DNA from: Lachnospiraceae bacterium
GTDB lineage: Bacteria > Bacillota > Clostridia > Lachnospirales > Lachnospiraceae
Length of the DNA: 64,000 nt
Direction: 5' to 3'
NCBI GenBank assembly: GCA_024693455.1
Contig: JAILKW010000022.1
Location: 12,318-76,317 of the forward strand
Part shown: positions 9,675 through 18,720 of the stretch, piece after piece
How positions within the stretch are numbered: the first letter of the stretch is position 1
Layout: each line of letters begins with the position of its first letter
The notes under the pieces: model-generated
The model's input: only the letters and a program-made list of their open reading frames with translations
Database searches by the model: none
Told to the model about the DNA's origin: nothing
Translations under genes and position numbers: made by a program

Positions 9675-10628
9675 TTAAATGAATTTGTTGAAAATTGAAG
9701 GCAGGGGTGACTCAATAACTCTTCCGTCCGAAAGTTCAACCCTTGCACTGTGAAGTAATTGATGGTCGCTTTTTATATTGTATTTATTTGAAATAGATTT
9801 ATCCTTTGCTGCATCTTTATATTTTGGATCAAATAAAAGCGGATGCCCAAGGGCATTAAGATGAGCTCTGATCTGGTGACTGCGGCCGGTATGCAATAAA
9901 ATCTTAAGAACCGAATAATCGGAAGATGATTTGATAATAAACACTTCGGTTGTAATCTTTTTTGAACCTGCAAATTGCTGCATTTTGACGGTTGCTTTGT
10001 TTTTGACCGTATCTTTTGCCCAAAAAGCATGAAAAATGCCTTCTTTTAAAAATTCCCCGTGAACAACACAGATGTAGTATTTTTTAAGACGTCTTTCCTT
10101 AATTTCTTCAGACAGGAACTGAGATCCGTGAAGCGTTTTCCCGAACAGGATTATACCGCTTGTATTTCTGTCAAGTCTGTTTGCCACCGACGGATGAAAC
10201 AGACTGTAACTTTCTTCGGTGACTTCGCCTTTTTGTATCAGATAAGCGATCAGTTTGTCGTTTGCATTGGAAGTTTTGTTTTCATCCGGCATTGAGCAAA
10301 GGCCTGCGGGTTTGTCCGCAGCAATGATGTCGGTATCTTCATAAAGAATGGATACCGGATCGGGATTTTCGTTTTTGAACACCGAAAACAGGATGTGAGA
10401 CTGTTTTACACCGCGCATCTTTTCAAAGGTATCTTCGGAAAAGAAAACGCGGATACTATCTCCATCCTGTAATATCTCACTTCCATTTGCTTTTGCCCCG
10501 TTAAGAACTATGTTTTTCTTTCGGAGCATCTTGTAAAGAAAAGATGATGTAGCTCCTGCGAAATATTTTTTGAGAAATTTATCAAATCGCTGTCCGCAGG
10601 AAGCTGAATCTACAGTTAATTCTTTCAA
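9675..10628 (-). CDS. RluA-family 23S rRNA pseudouridine synthase with S4 domain
   Basis: GQRFDKFL S4 domain, DKPAGL, NRLDRNTSG (catalytic Asp) and TGRSHQIRAH. Confidence 0.92.
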   Translation of the reverse strand: MKELTVDSASCGQRFDKFLKKYFAGATSSFLYKMLRKKNIVLNGAKANGSEILQDGDSIRVFFSEDTFEKMRGVKQSHILFSVFKNENPDPVSILYEDTDIIAADKPAGLCSMPDENKTSNANDKLIAYLIQKGEVTEESYSLFHPSVANRLDRNTSGIILFGKTLHGSQFLSEEIKERRLKKYYICVVHGEFLKEGIFHAFWAKDTVKNKATVKMQQFAGSKKITTEVFIIKSSSDYSVLKILLHTGRSHQIRAHLNALGHPLLFDPKYKDAAKDKSISNKYNIKSDHQLLHSARVELSDGRVIESPLPSIFNKFI

Positions 10629-10647
10629 AACCGTATAAACCTAAAAA

Positions 10648-11577
10648 TCACTCTTGACTGAAAAACTTTTCGGAAATATCAGCAACCTTGGAACCTAAGC
10701 CACCTTCATTTACGGTATTGGCTTCTTCAGCGGCCCCCGTATCTTCAACTGCCTCTGCTTCAACGGCTCCTTCCGAAGTATGATCAGAAGCCGCACCGGA
10801 AGGTGCTACCGTCTTTACGGCAGAAACAATCGAATTGGTTGTAGCTGCACGTTTTGCTGCCCTTTTTGCGTCCATGGCAGCTACGCTCTCCGGATGCACA
10901 CCGGGAGCAAGATGAGGCTCGGAAACTACCGGTGTGGGAGCTACTTTAACAGGCTCAGACTCACTTGGAGCATCAGCACTCGTTTCTTCCATATGATGAG
11001 ATGGAGCTGCGCTTTCTTCTGTAGCTACCGTTGCTTCAGGATGAGGAGCAAGTTCCATTCTGTTTTCGACCACTTTGTCGAGATATCTTTGCATGGTGCT
11101 AAGATATTCGTCGTTGGTACGTCTTGTGGTTTCCATAGATCTGTAGATAACATCCTGAATCAGTTTAAGAAGTGAGTCAGCATATTCTATGGAACCCATG
11201 CGTATTTCATTGGCATCCATTGTAGCTTTGTCCAAAAGGTCCTGAGCATTTTTGGTGGCGATCATAACAACTTCGTTAGCCTGAGCATAAGCCTGTTGCA
11301 TGATCTGATGTTCACTGACCAGTTCGTTGGTCTGGATCTTGGCTTCTGCGACAATAGCTTCAGCCTTTTTCTTTGCATCAGCCAAAATAGCTTCCTGATT
11401 GCTGATGACTTTTTGATACTGTCTGATTTCAACAGGAGTACGTGAACGCAATTCTTCAAGAAGATTTTCAAGGTCGTCACGATTTACTATTATTTTCGTG
11501 GTTGAAAAAGCCGCAGACTTACATCCATCTACATACTGTTCGATTTCCTCGATTATATCTTCGATATCACTTGCCAT
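10648..11577 (-). CDS. SepIVA/DivIVA-like coiled-coil protein with a long low-complexity C-terminal tail
   Basis: The N-terminal ~175 aa coiled coil resembles the conserved protein found downstream of coaD (often mis-annotated as an ATPase subunit). The rest is A/E/P/S/T-rich. Confidence 0.6.
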   Translation of the reverse strand: MASDIEDIIEEIEQYVDGCKSAAFSTTKIIVNRDDLENLLEELRSRTPVEIRQYQKVISNQEAILADAKKKAEAIVAEAKIQTNELVSEHQIMQQAYAQANEVVMIATKNAQDLLDKATMDANEIRMGSIEYADSLLKLIQDVIYRSMETTRRTNDEYLSTMQRYLDKVVENRMELAPHPEATVATEESAAPSHHMEETSADAPSESEPVKVAPTPVVSEPHLAPGVHPESVAAMDAKRAAKRAATTNSIVSAVKTVAPSGAASDHTSEGAVEAEAVEDTGAAEEANTVNEGGLGSKVADISEKFFSQE

Positions 11578-12067
11578 CTTTTTTCTCCTTTGTTTTATAT
11601 TTTGCTTCTATTAGAGGGATTATTTCGCTTGGTACAAATTCTGAAATATCTTCTCCGTATGATGCAAACTCTCTTACCACGGTGGAACTAAGGTATGAAT
11701 AATTAAGTGAAGTGGTAAGAAAGACTGTTTCGAGATCGGGATTTTTAACCCTGTTAACCTGTGCGATCTGAAGTTCATATTCAAAATCGGTAACAGCCCG
11801 AAGTCCCCTGATGATTATATTGGCATTCATGCGTTTTGCAAAATCAACGGTAAGTCCTGCAAAGGACTCTACCCTTACGTTCTTGCAGGAGGCTGTCAGG
11901 TCCTTAATCATACTAACACGTTCATCAGAAGAAAACAACGAATTTTTTGCGCTGTTATTAAGAACGGCAATGATGATCTCATCGAACATTTTCGCTGATC
12001 GTTTAACGATATCAAGGTGTCCGAAGGTGATCGGATCAAAACTTCCGGGATAAATTGCTCTTTTCAT
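11567..12067 (-). CDS. coaD: Phosphopantetheine adenylyltransferase
   Basis: [27 protein letters not shown] and SSTVVRE. Confidence 0.97.
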   Translation of the reverse strand: MKRAIYPGSFDPITFGHLDIVKRSAKMFDEIIIAVLNNSAKNSLFSSDERVSMIKDLTASCKNVRVESFAGLTVDFAKRMNANIIIRGLRAVTDFEYELQIAQVNRVKNPDLETVFLTTSLNYSYLSSTVVREFASYGEDISEFVPSEIIPLIEAKYKTKEKKDGK

Positions 12068-12135
12068 ATTTAATTCCTTATTAGTTATGTGTCTTTAAAT
12101 ATTTGCGGTCTTATCAAAGGATCTGCCGCATAAAC

Positions 12136-12681
12136 CTACGATGTCGAAATAAATATATGTTGATTGGTTTTGTATGTCTTTATTCTTGAAATAGTGAATC
12201 CTTCGGGAAGTGTAAGCTCCCGTCCCAAAGCTGTTTCGCATATTATGATTCCGGCTTCGGATAAAAGACCAAGTTCTCCGATGGCTTTTATGCAATCCTC
12301 TTCTATTCCGAGACTGTACGGAGCATCCATGAATATAAGTGAATACGGTCCGTATGATACGGCAAGAGATAATGCGGCAGGCAGATCTCTTTGGAGGATA
12401 ACGGATTCTTTTTCAAATTTTGTTTTGCTAACATTCTGTTTTATGCATTCGATGCATTTTTTGTTTTTTTCTATAAAAACCGCATGATCGGCTCCTCTGC
12501 TTAAGGCCTCAATACCAAGTTGTCCGCTGCCGGCAAAAAGATCCAAAACCCTTGCACCGTATACGTCATCACGAAGAATGTTAAACAGGGTTTCTTTTAT
12601 CCTGTCGGTGGTAGGTCTTGTGTCGCTGCCGGGAATCGTGACCAGAGGAATGCTCCTACGGCTTCCTGCAATAACTCTCAA
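12136..12681 (-). CDS. rsmD: 16S rRNA m2G966 methyltransferase
   Basis: MRVIAG, TRPTTDRIKETLFN, LDLFAGSGQLGIEALSRGA and DAPY. Confidence 0.95.
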   Translation of the reverse strand: MRVIAGSRRSIPLVTIPGSDTRPTTDRIKETLFNILRDDVYGARVLDLFAGSGQLGIEALSRGADHAVFIEKNKKCIECIKQNVSKTKFEKESVILQRDLPAALSLAVSYGPYSLIFMDAPYSLGIEEDCIKAIGELGLLSEAGIIICETALGRELTLPEGFTISRIKTYKTNQHIFISTS

Positions 12682-12682
12682 A

Positions 12683-13231
12683 TCAGCTTTGCTCCTTTAG
12701 AATGTCTTTGTTTTTGACAATGTAGTCCACGAGTGAAACGATTGTCAGTATTAATGATATCCACATTAAGGTTGTGGTAAGTATCTGCCATATCTGATTT
12801 TGTATATTTGCGACCATGGCGATAACCATAAGCATTTGGAATACTGTTTTAAATTTACCCCAATAGCTTGCGGCAATAACCACTCCGTTGGTTGCGGCAA
12901 TGAGTCTGAAACCGCTGATTATAAATTCTCTTGAGATTATGAGAATGCATATCCAGCCGGGAAGTTGTCTGAGTTCTACAAGGCAGATCATAGCGGAACA
13001 AACCAAAAGCTTATCCGCAAGCGGATCCATAAATTTACCAAAATTTGTAACAAGATTGTATTTACGCGCAATATGTCCGTCAAGAGCATCTGTTATGGAT
13101 GCCATTATAAAAACAAAATCAGCTGCAAGTCTCATGTGAAAGCTGTCTTTACCTGCCAAAAGCAAAACAACAAACACAGGAACCAACAGAACTCTTAATA
13201 TTGTTAGTCTATTGGGTAGATTCATCTTCAT
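12683..13231 (-). CDS. pgsA: CDP-diacylglycerol--glycerol-3-phosphate 3-phosphatidyltransferase
   Basis: NLPNRLTILR and the CDP-alcohol phosphotransferase motif DALDGHIAR...GKFMDPLADK. Confidence 0.95.
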   Translation of the reverse strand: MKMNLPNRLTILRVLLVPVFVVLLLAGKDSFHMRLAADFVFIMASITDALDGHIARKYNLVTNFGKFMDPLADKLLVCSAMICLVELRQLPGWICILIISREFIISGFRLIAATNGVVIAASYWGKFKTVFQMLMVIAMVANIQNQIWQILTTTLMWISLILTIVSLVDYIVKNKDILKEQS

Positions 13232-14555
13232 TTAAAACTTCTCCTAAAAGATCATAATCTTTGGTTGCTGTTACCTTTGCTGTAACAAAGTCTCCGGACA
13301 TCAGGGGATAAGGGCAGGTAACAAATACCAGACCGTCTACACCGGGAGCATCTTTATATGTCCTGCCGACATAGACATTATCCTCAGGCAACTGTCCTTC
13401 AATAAAAATGTCAAGTTCTTTTCCGACTGTTTCTTCGTTACGTGCAAATGCCACAATCTGTTGTGCGCGCATGATATTATCATAACGGATATTTTTGGTA
13501 AGATCATCTGTCTGATCTTCAAATTCGGCTGCCGGGGTACCGTCCTCTTTTGAGTATGGAAATGCTCCGAGTCTGTCAAATCGGATCTCTTTAATAAAAT
13601 CGAGCATTTCGTTATGTTCATCTTCTGTCTCGCCGGGAAATCCGGTTATGAGTGTTGTGCGAAGACAAATATCAGGGATACGACTCCTAAGAGTCTTTAT
13701 TTTTTGGATCAACTCTGCTTTGTTTGTGCGACGTCCCATTCTGCGAAGAATATTGTCGTTGCAATGCTGTATGGGCATATCTATGTAATGACAGATCTTG
13801 GGATTGTTTGCAAGCTCATCAATAAGCTCTTCGTTTATTTCTTCCGGATAGGCATATAATAACCTTATCCATGCAAGAGATTTGATCGAGGAGAGCTTTC
13901 TTAAAAGCTCGGGCAAGGCTTTTTTGCCGTAGATATCTGTTCCGTACAGTGTGGTTTCCTGAGCTACCAGGATTATCTCTCTTACTCCGTTATCAACCAG
14001 GTCAGAGGCTTCTTTTATGATGTCCTCCATGGGAAAACTCCTGTAAGGACCTCTTACCTTTGGAATTATGCAGTAAGAACAATTTTTGTTGCAGCCTTCC
14101 GCTATCTTAAGATAAGCATAATGGCCGCCTGTAGTAAGAAGCCGTCCTTCTGTCTCGGGAAGTCGGTCCAGCGGGAGGCAAATGTTCGAGAATTCGTTGT
14201 TTAAAGATCTCTCAACTACCTCGATGATCTTATCAAAGGACGCAGTTCCTATAATACCGTCAACTTCGGGAAGTTCTTTTTTTATCTGGTCGGAAAAACG
14301 CTCTGCAAGACAGCCGGTAACTATAAGTGATTTGAGTTTTCCTTCATCTTTATAGCGTGCCAACTCGATGATGGAATTAATGCTTTCTTCCATGGCATCG
14401 GCGATGAAACAACAACTGTTGATTATTATGACTTCGGCTTCTTCCGGTTCGTCAGTTATCTCATATCCGTTTTTGCGCAATGAAAACAGCATATGCTCCG
14501 CATCGACAAGGTTTTTGTCACAACCGAGGGAAACAAAAAAGATTTTATTCTTCAA
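13209..14555 (-). CDS. rimO: Ribosomal protein S12 methylthiotransferase
   Basis: SLGCDKNLVD, AYLKIAEGCNKNCSYCIIP and a C-terminal TRAM domain (DAPGVDG). Start reassigned to TTG 14555 with a GAGGA RBS. Confidence 0.93.
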   Translation of the reverse strand: MKNKIFFVSLGCDKNLVDAEHMLFSLRKNGYEITDEPEEAEVIIINSCCFIADAMEESINSIIELARYKDEGKLKSLIVTGCLAERFSDQIKKELPEVDGIIGTASFDKIIEVVERSLNNEFSNICLPLDRLPETEGRLLTTGGHYAYLKIAEGCNKNCSYCIIPKVRGPYRSFPMEDIIKEASDLVDNGVREIILVAQETTLYGTDIYGKKALPELLRKLSSIKSLAWIRLLYAYPEEINEELIDELANNPKICHYIDMPIQHCNDNILRRMGRRTNKAELIQKIKTLRSRIPDICLRTTLITGFPGETEDEHNEMLDFIKEIRFDRLGAFPYSKEDGTPAAEFEDQTDDLTKNIRYDNIMRAQQIVAFARNEETVGKELDIFIEGQLPEDNVYVGRTYKDAPGVDGLVFVTCPYPLMSGDFVTAKVTATKDYDLLGEVLNEDESTQ

Positions 14556-14931
14556 CAGTATCTTCCTCTGAATCGGATGACATACCGGATGCTTCCAAAA
14601 GAGCATTATCTCTTTCTTCCATAAGAGCTCTTTCTTTAGCTTCATGTTCCGCGATTATTTCCTTGGCTTCATCCACCATAACCTTTTTCTCGGCTGCTTC
14701 CTCATCTGTGAGGATAACAAGATCTCTTTCGTAAAGCTCGCGAACTGCGATTGAAAGAGGCTTTTCACCAAAAGAATAATTACAAAGAGGTTCAGCACCT
14801 CCCACTATTTGTCTGGCTCTTTTTGCTGTTGCTGCCACGATGCTGTAACGACTGTTTACCACAGGCTCTTCACCTACATTAACATTATCGTTAACTACCT
14901 TCATCAGTTCAACATAAGACGGATGTATCAT
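14545..14931 (-). CDS. rpoZ: RNA polymerase omega subunit with an acidic C-terminal extension
   Basis: SRYSIVAATAKRARQI and KPLSIAVRE; follows gmk. Confidence 0.92.
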   Translation of the reverse strand: MIHPSYVELMKVVNDNVNVGEEPVVNSRYSIVAATAKRARQIVGGAEPLCNYSFGEKPLSIAVRELYERDLVILTDEEAAEKKVMVDEAKEIIAEHEAKERALMEERDNALLEASGMSSDSEEDTVEE

Positions 14932-14958
14932 TACTTATCTCCTTCCAATACGTGTTAA

Positions 14959-15594
14959 TTATATATCTGAAAACTGTTTGAGCTGGGTCTGAATATCGCT
15001 TATCATATTCTTTCTGTGAGCGGTGCGAAGATGCTCTCTTTGTATAAGTTCATGAACTTCTTCGACGGCTTCATCAAGATCATCGTTTATTATAAGATAA
15101 TCATATTTGTCCATAAGAGAGGATTCTCTTGAAGAAATGGAAAGTCTTTCGGCTATTACTTCTTCCGATTCCGTTCCTCTTCCCACCAGCCTTTCTTTTA
15201 AGGCTTCTGCACTGGGTGGGGTGACAAATAAAAGCAGGCAATCCGGATAAAGGTGTTTCACCTGAAGCGCACCCTGAACCTCTATTTCCAGGATCACATC
15301 CTTGCCTTCGTTTAGAAGTTTTTCAACGTATGCTTTGGGTGTACCGTAGGAATTGCCGTTAAATGTAGCATATTCGAGAAATTCACCCTGAGCGATCATC
15401 TCATCAAATTCGTTTCTGGTTTTGAAAAAATACTCTCTGCCATCTTCTTCACCCTCTCTTTTATAACGGGTGGTGGCTGAGATTGACAGATTATAAGTAT
15501 CAGGATGTGCTAAGAGAAGATGTTTCATAATGGTGCCTTTACCGGCTCCGGAAAAACCTGATAATACAGTTAGAACTCCTTTTTCTTTATTCAT
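14959..15594 (-). CDS. gmk: Guanylate kinase
   Basis: SGFSGAGKGT P-loop, SATTR, GREYFF, YGTP and LEIEVQGA. Confidence 0.97.
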   Translation of the reverse strand: MNKEKGVLTVLSGFSGAGKGTIMKHLLLAHPDTYNLSISATTRYKREGEEDGREYFFKTRNEFDEMIAQGEFLEYATFNGNSYGTPKAYVEKLLNEGKDVILEIEVQGALQVKHLYPDCLLLFVTPPSAEALKERLVGRGTESEEVIAERLSISSRESSLMDKYDYLIINDDLDEAVEEVHELIQREHLRTAHRKNMISDIQTQLKQFSDI

Positions 15595-15844
15595 CCAAAA
15601 CACCTCCTTTGGCGTTTTCTATACGACCGGCTATAGTGTCCGGAAGCAATGAGGAAATGATGATACGCCCGTCATCCATCATGAGTACACCTCTTGTGCG
15701 ACGGCCTTGAGTGGCATCTGTCAGAGTACCGTTTTCCTTGGCTTTTTGAATATATCTTTTTGCAGGGGCGGAATCGGGAGTGATCATGGCAACTATACGC
15801 CTGACCTGAACCAGATTTCCAAATCCGATATTAACAAAATGCAT
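15587..15844 (-). CDS. remA: RemA / DUF370 family regulator
   Basis: NIGFGN, PDSAPAKR and DATQGRRTR; canonical yicC-remA-gmk order. Confidence 0.9.
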   Translation of the reverse strand: MHFVNIGFGNLVQVRRIVAMITPDSAPAKRYIQKAKENGTLTDATQGRRTRGVLMMDDGRIIISSLLPDTIAGRIENAKGGVLDE

Positions 15845-15846
15845 GT

Positions 15847-16725
15847 TTACTCCAAATTCTGAATCTGTTCACGTATCTTTTCTACATTGGTCTTCATAAA
15901 TATGCCTTTGTTTGAAATCTCGGCATCAGATGTTTTCGAAAGAATGGTGTTGGATTCCCTGTTCATCTCCTGAGCTATAAAATCGAGTTTCCGGCCTATC
16001 GTATCTTCCGAAGACAGTGCTTTTTTGGCTTCGGAAATGTGGCTTTTAAGTCTTACTATCTCTTCATCAACACAGATCTTGTCCGCAAAGATCGTTACCT
16101 CTGTGGCTATCCTGCTTTCATCTACGGAAACATCTCCAAGAAGCTCCTGTATCCTGGCAGTAAGAGCTGTTTTATATTCTTCCACTATCTTGGGAGAACG
16201 CTCTTCAACGAAAAGAACATCATCGTAAAGCTCATCAAGTTTTTGGATCAGATCACCGGCAAGACGATTACCCTCATCGGCCCGGGCTTTTTTGAATTCA
16301 CTTACAGCACCTTTAAGTGCTTCAAGAGTCATATTTTTAAGTTCGTCTTCATCTTCGGATTTTTCGGCGATCTCGAAAACGTCGGGAAGTGAGATTATAT
16401 CCGAAGTGGAAAGATTATTGACAAGACCGAAGTCGGCAGCCATTTTGGCAGCTCCGTCTATATAGGCAGAAACTACAGCACTGTTATAGGTGATGTCATA
16501 TTCCTTGTCACAGCCTTCTTCATAACTAAACGCAATATCTACCTTCCCACGGCTGATATTGTTTTTGATGATATTTCTTATCTCACCCTCAAAAACACTT
16601 AATTTGCGTGGGAGTTTGATGTTTAGATCAAGATATCTGTGATTAACAGATTTGATAGAACAAAGTACTTTTTTTGATCCGCTTGTAAATTCGTAATGAC
16701 CAAACCCTGTCATACTGTAAGCCAT
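15847..16725 (-). CDS. yicC: YicC/YloC family endoribonuclease
   Basis: SMTGFG, SVNHRYLD, RGKVD, GRKLDFIAQEMNRESNT and EKIREQIQNLE. Confidence 0.95.
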   Translation of the reverse strand: MAYSMTGFGHYEFTSGSKKVLCSIKSVNHRYLDLNIKLPRKLSVFEGEIRNIIKNNISRGKVDIAFSYEEGCDKEYDITYNSAVVSAYIDGAAKMAADFGLVNNLSTSDIISLPDVFEIAEKSEDEDELKNMTLEALKGAVSEFKKARADEGNRLAGDLIQKLDELYDDVLFVEERSPKIVEEYKTALTARIQELLGDVSVDESRIATEVTIFADKICVDEEIVRLKSHISEAKKALSSEDTIGRKLDFIAQEMNRESNTILSKTSDAEISNKGIFMKTNVEKIREQIQNLE

Positions 16726-16776
16726 ATAAATCTCTCCTTAAAAATGGAACTAATTTACTGATTTGCATACTTACTT

Positions 16777-16805
16777 ATTATATGCGATTTATTTACCTAA
16801 GTCAA
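16777..16805 (-). promoter_or_regulatory. Sigma-A promoter for the yicC-remA-gmk-rpoZ operon
   Basis: TTGACT (16805-16800), 17-bp spacer, TATAAT (16782-16777) on the minus strand. Confidence 0.75.
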
Positions 16806-16869
16806 ATATCAATGTGCGCTGTTATGAGCATTTTGTAAGGTTTTATCACATTTGTAAGGATATGGTTTG

Positions 16870-16898
16870 ATGACAGTTTTATACTTCTATGGTATAAT
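16870..16898 (+). promoter_or_regulatory. Sigma-A promoter for rqcH
   Basis: ATGACA, 17-bp spacer, TATAAT with an extended TGn. Confidence 0.7.
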
Positions 16899-16939
16899 TA
16901 GCAAATTGTTATTTGGATTGTTTTAAGAAAGGTGAAAAC

Positions 16940-18676
16940 ATGGCTTTTGACGGGATTACTATTTGTGCATTGAAAGACGAACTTAAAGATAAGCTTGAAG
17001 GAAGAAGGATAAGTAAGATTTCCCAGCCGGAGGAGCTTGAACTTATTTTTACCGTCAAAGGAGACGGAGGAAACAGCAGACTTTTTATAAGTGCATCACC
17101 TTCTCTTCCGCTGATGTATCTTACAAAAACAAATAAAACAGCGCCTTTGTCGGCACCTAATTTTTGTATGCTATTAAGAAAGCATATATCAAACGGAAGG
17201 ATCGCCGAGATTAAACAAATGGGGCTTGAAAGAGTAATATCTTTTAAGATCGAACATCTTGATGAACTAGGGGATTTTGCGGTTAAGTACCTGATTGTTG
17301 AACTGATGGGTAAACACAGCAATGTTATATTTTGTGATGAAGATCTGACGATACTTGATTCCATTAAGCATGTGAATGCCTTTATGAGTTCGGTCAGAGA
17401 AGTTCTTCCCGGAAGAAAGTATTTCACACCGTCCCAGGAGCATAAATTTGATCCTTACGAAGTAACGGAAACCATGATGAAAGAAGATTTTTTGAGAAGA
17501 CCGGTATCCGTAAAAAAGGCTCTTATTTCCTCTTTGACAGGTTTTTCGACCACTGCTGCGGTGGATATCTGTGTAAAATGTGATGTAGATGCGGATGCTC
17601 CATGTGCGTCGTTATCTTTTGAAGATAAAGACAATATTTATAAAAGCTTTAATAATATTATTAATACTTTAGATACAAAAGACTACTCTCCCGTTATATA
17701 TATGGATGAAGGCGGTAAACCGTGTGAATTTTCAGCCTATCCTCTGACTTCGCAAAAAGATCGTCTCGAGGTTAAAAAGGACAGTATCTCAAGTATGCTT
17801 GAAGATTTTTATAAAGAAAAAAATACCTTCAACAACATGCAGCAAAAGTCACTTGATCTTAGAAAACACGTTAAGAATCTTATAGAACGTGAAGACAAAA
17901 AACTTATGCTTCAGAAAAAGCAGCTTTCGGATACCGATAAAATGGAAAACTACAGATTATACGGTGAAATGCTTCAGACATACGGACATGGAATAAGCGG
18001 TGAAAAATCCATAACCGTTGATAATTATTATGATGGCAGTAAGCTTACTATCCCGCTTGACCCGGAACTTGGGGGTATAGAAAATTCAAAAAAATATTTT
18101 GATAAGTATGCAAAAGCCAAGCGAACTAAGGAGGCGCTGTCCACTCAGATCGAAACTACGGAAAATACAATTGAATATCTGGCGGGGGTTCTTAGTTTTT
18201 TGAACCTGGCTGAAACCGTTGAAGATCTTGATGAAATAAGATCTGAACTTAAAGCAGGTGGTTATATCAAAAAGGGATCATCAACCGGGAAGAAAAAACA
18301 GGTTAAAAGTAAACCGCTGCATTTTGTTACACCTTCCGGGTTCCATGTTTATGTGGGAAAGAACAATTATCAGAACGAAGAGCTTTCCCTTAAGTTTGCA
18401 ACAGGAAACGACTGGTGGTTTCATGCAAAACAGATGCCGGGTTCCCATGTGATAATCAAAACAGAGGGAAAAGAAATAACGGATGATGATTATCTGCTGT
18501 GTGCACAGCTTGCGGGTTATTACTCAAGCGGCAGAGACAGTGATAAATTGGAAATAGATTATGTTCAAAAGAAACATTTAAAAAAGCCGGCGGGTTCCGC
18601 GCCGGGATATGTGATATATCACACTAATTATTCAATGGTCATCCATCCGTCAAAGGACGGCCTTTTGACTGAATAA
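16940..18676 (+). CDS. rqcH: Ribosome quality-control factor RqcH (NFACT / FbpA family)
   Basis: MAFDG start, NFCMLLRKH, ELMGKHSN, YFDKYAKAKR, VGKNNYQNE and WFHAKQMPGSHV. Confidence 0.92.
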   Translation: MAFDGITICALKDELKDKLEGRRISKISQPEELELIFTVKGDGGNSRLFISASPSLPLMYLTKTNKTAPLSAPNFCMLLRKHISNGRIAEIKQMGLERVISFKIEHLDELGDFAVKYLIVELMGKHSNVIFCDEDLTILDSIKHVNAFMSSVREVLPGRKYFTPSQEHKFDPYEVTETMMKEDFLRRPVSVKKALISSLTGFSTTAAVDICVKCDVDADAPCASLSFEDKDNIYKSFNNIINTLDTKDYSPVIYMDEGGKPCEFSAYPLTSQKDRLEVKKDSISSMLEDFYKEKNTFNNMQQKSLDLRKHVKNLIEREDKKLMLQKKQLSDTDKMENYRLYGEMLQTYGHGISGEKSITVDNYYDGSKLTIPLDPELGGIENSKKYFDKYAKAKRTKEALSTQIETTENTIEYLAGVLSFLNLAETVEDLDEIRSELKAGGYIKKGSSTGKKKQVKSKPLHFVTPSGFHVYVGKNNYQNEELSLKFATGNDWWFHAKQMPGSHVIIKTEGKEITDDDYLLCAQLAGYYSSGRDSDKLEIDYVQKKHLKKPAGSAPGYVIYHTNYSMVIHPSKDGLLTE

Positions 18677-18683
18677 AATTATC

Positions 18684-18716
18684 AAAACACCCACCTTTTT
18701 GAGGTGGGCTTTTTTT
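18684..18716. terminator. Intrinsic terminator between convergent rqcH and recG
   Basis: CCCACCT-TTTTG-AGGTGGG stem followed by a 7-T run, with an A-run on the other side. Confidence 0.75.
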
Positions 18717-18720
18717 ACTG

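Noticed and set aside
12068-12135. Small spore protein gene or terminator between rsmD and coaD
   Set aside because: The gap is 68 nt with only a weak TGCGG/CCGCA stem and no U-tract; the overlapping 66-aa ORF has no support.
14556-14645. N-terminal extension of RimO in the ORF track
   Set aside because: It overlaps rpoZ; homology begins at KIFFVSLGC, and TTG 14555 has an RBS.
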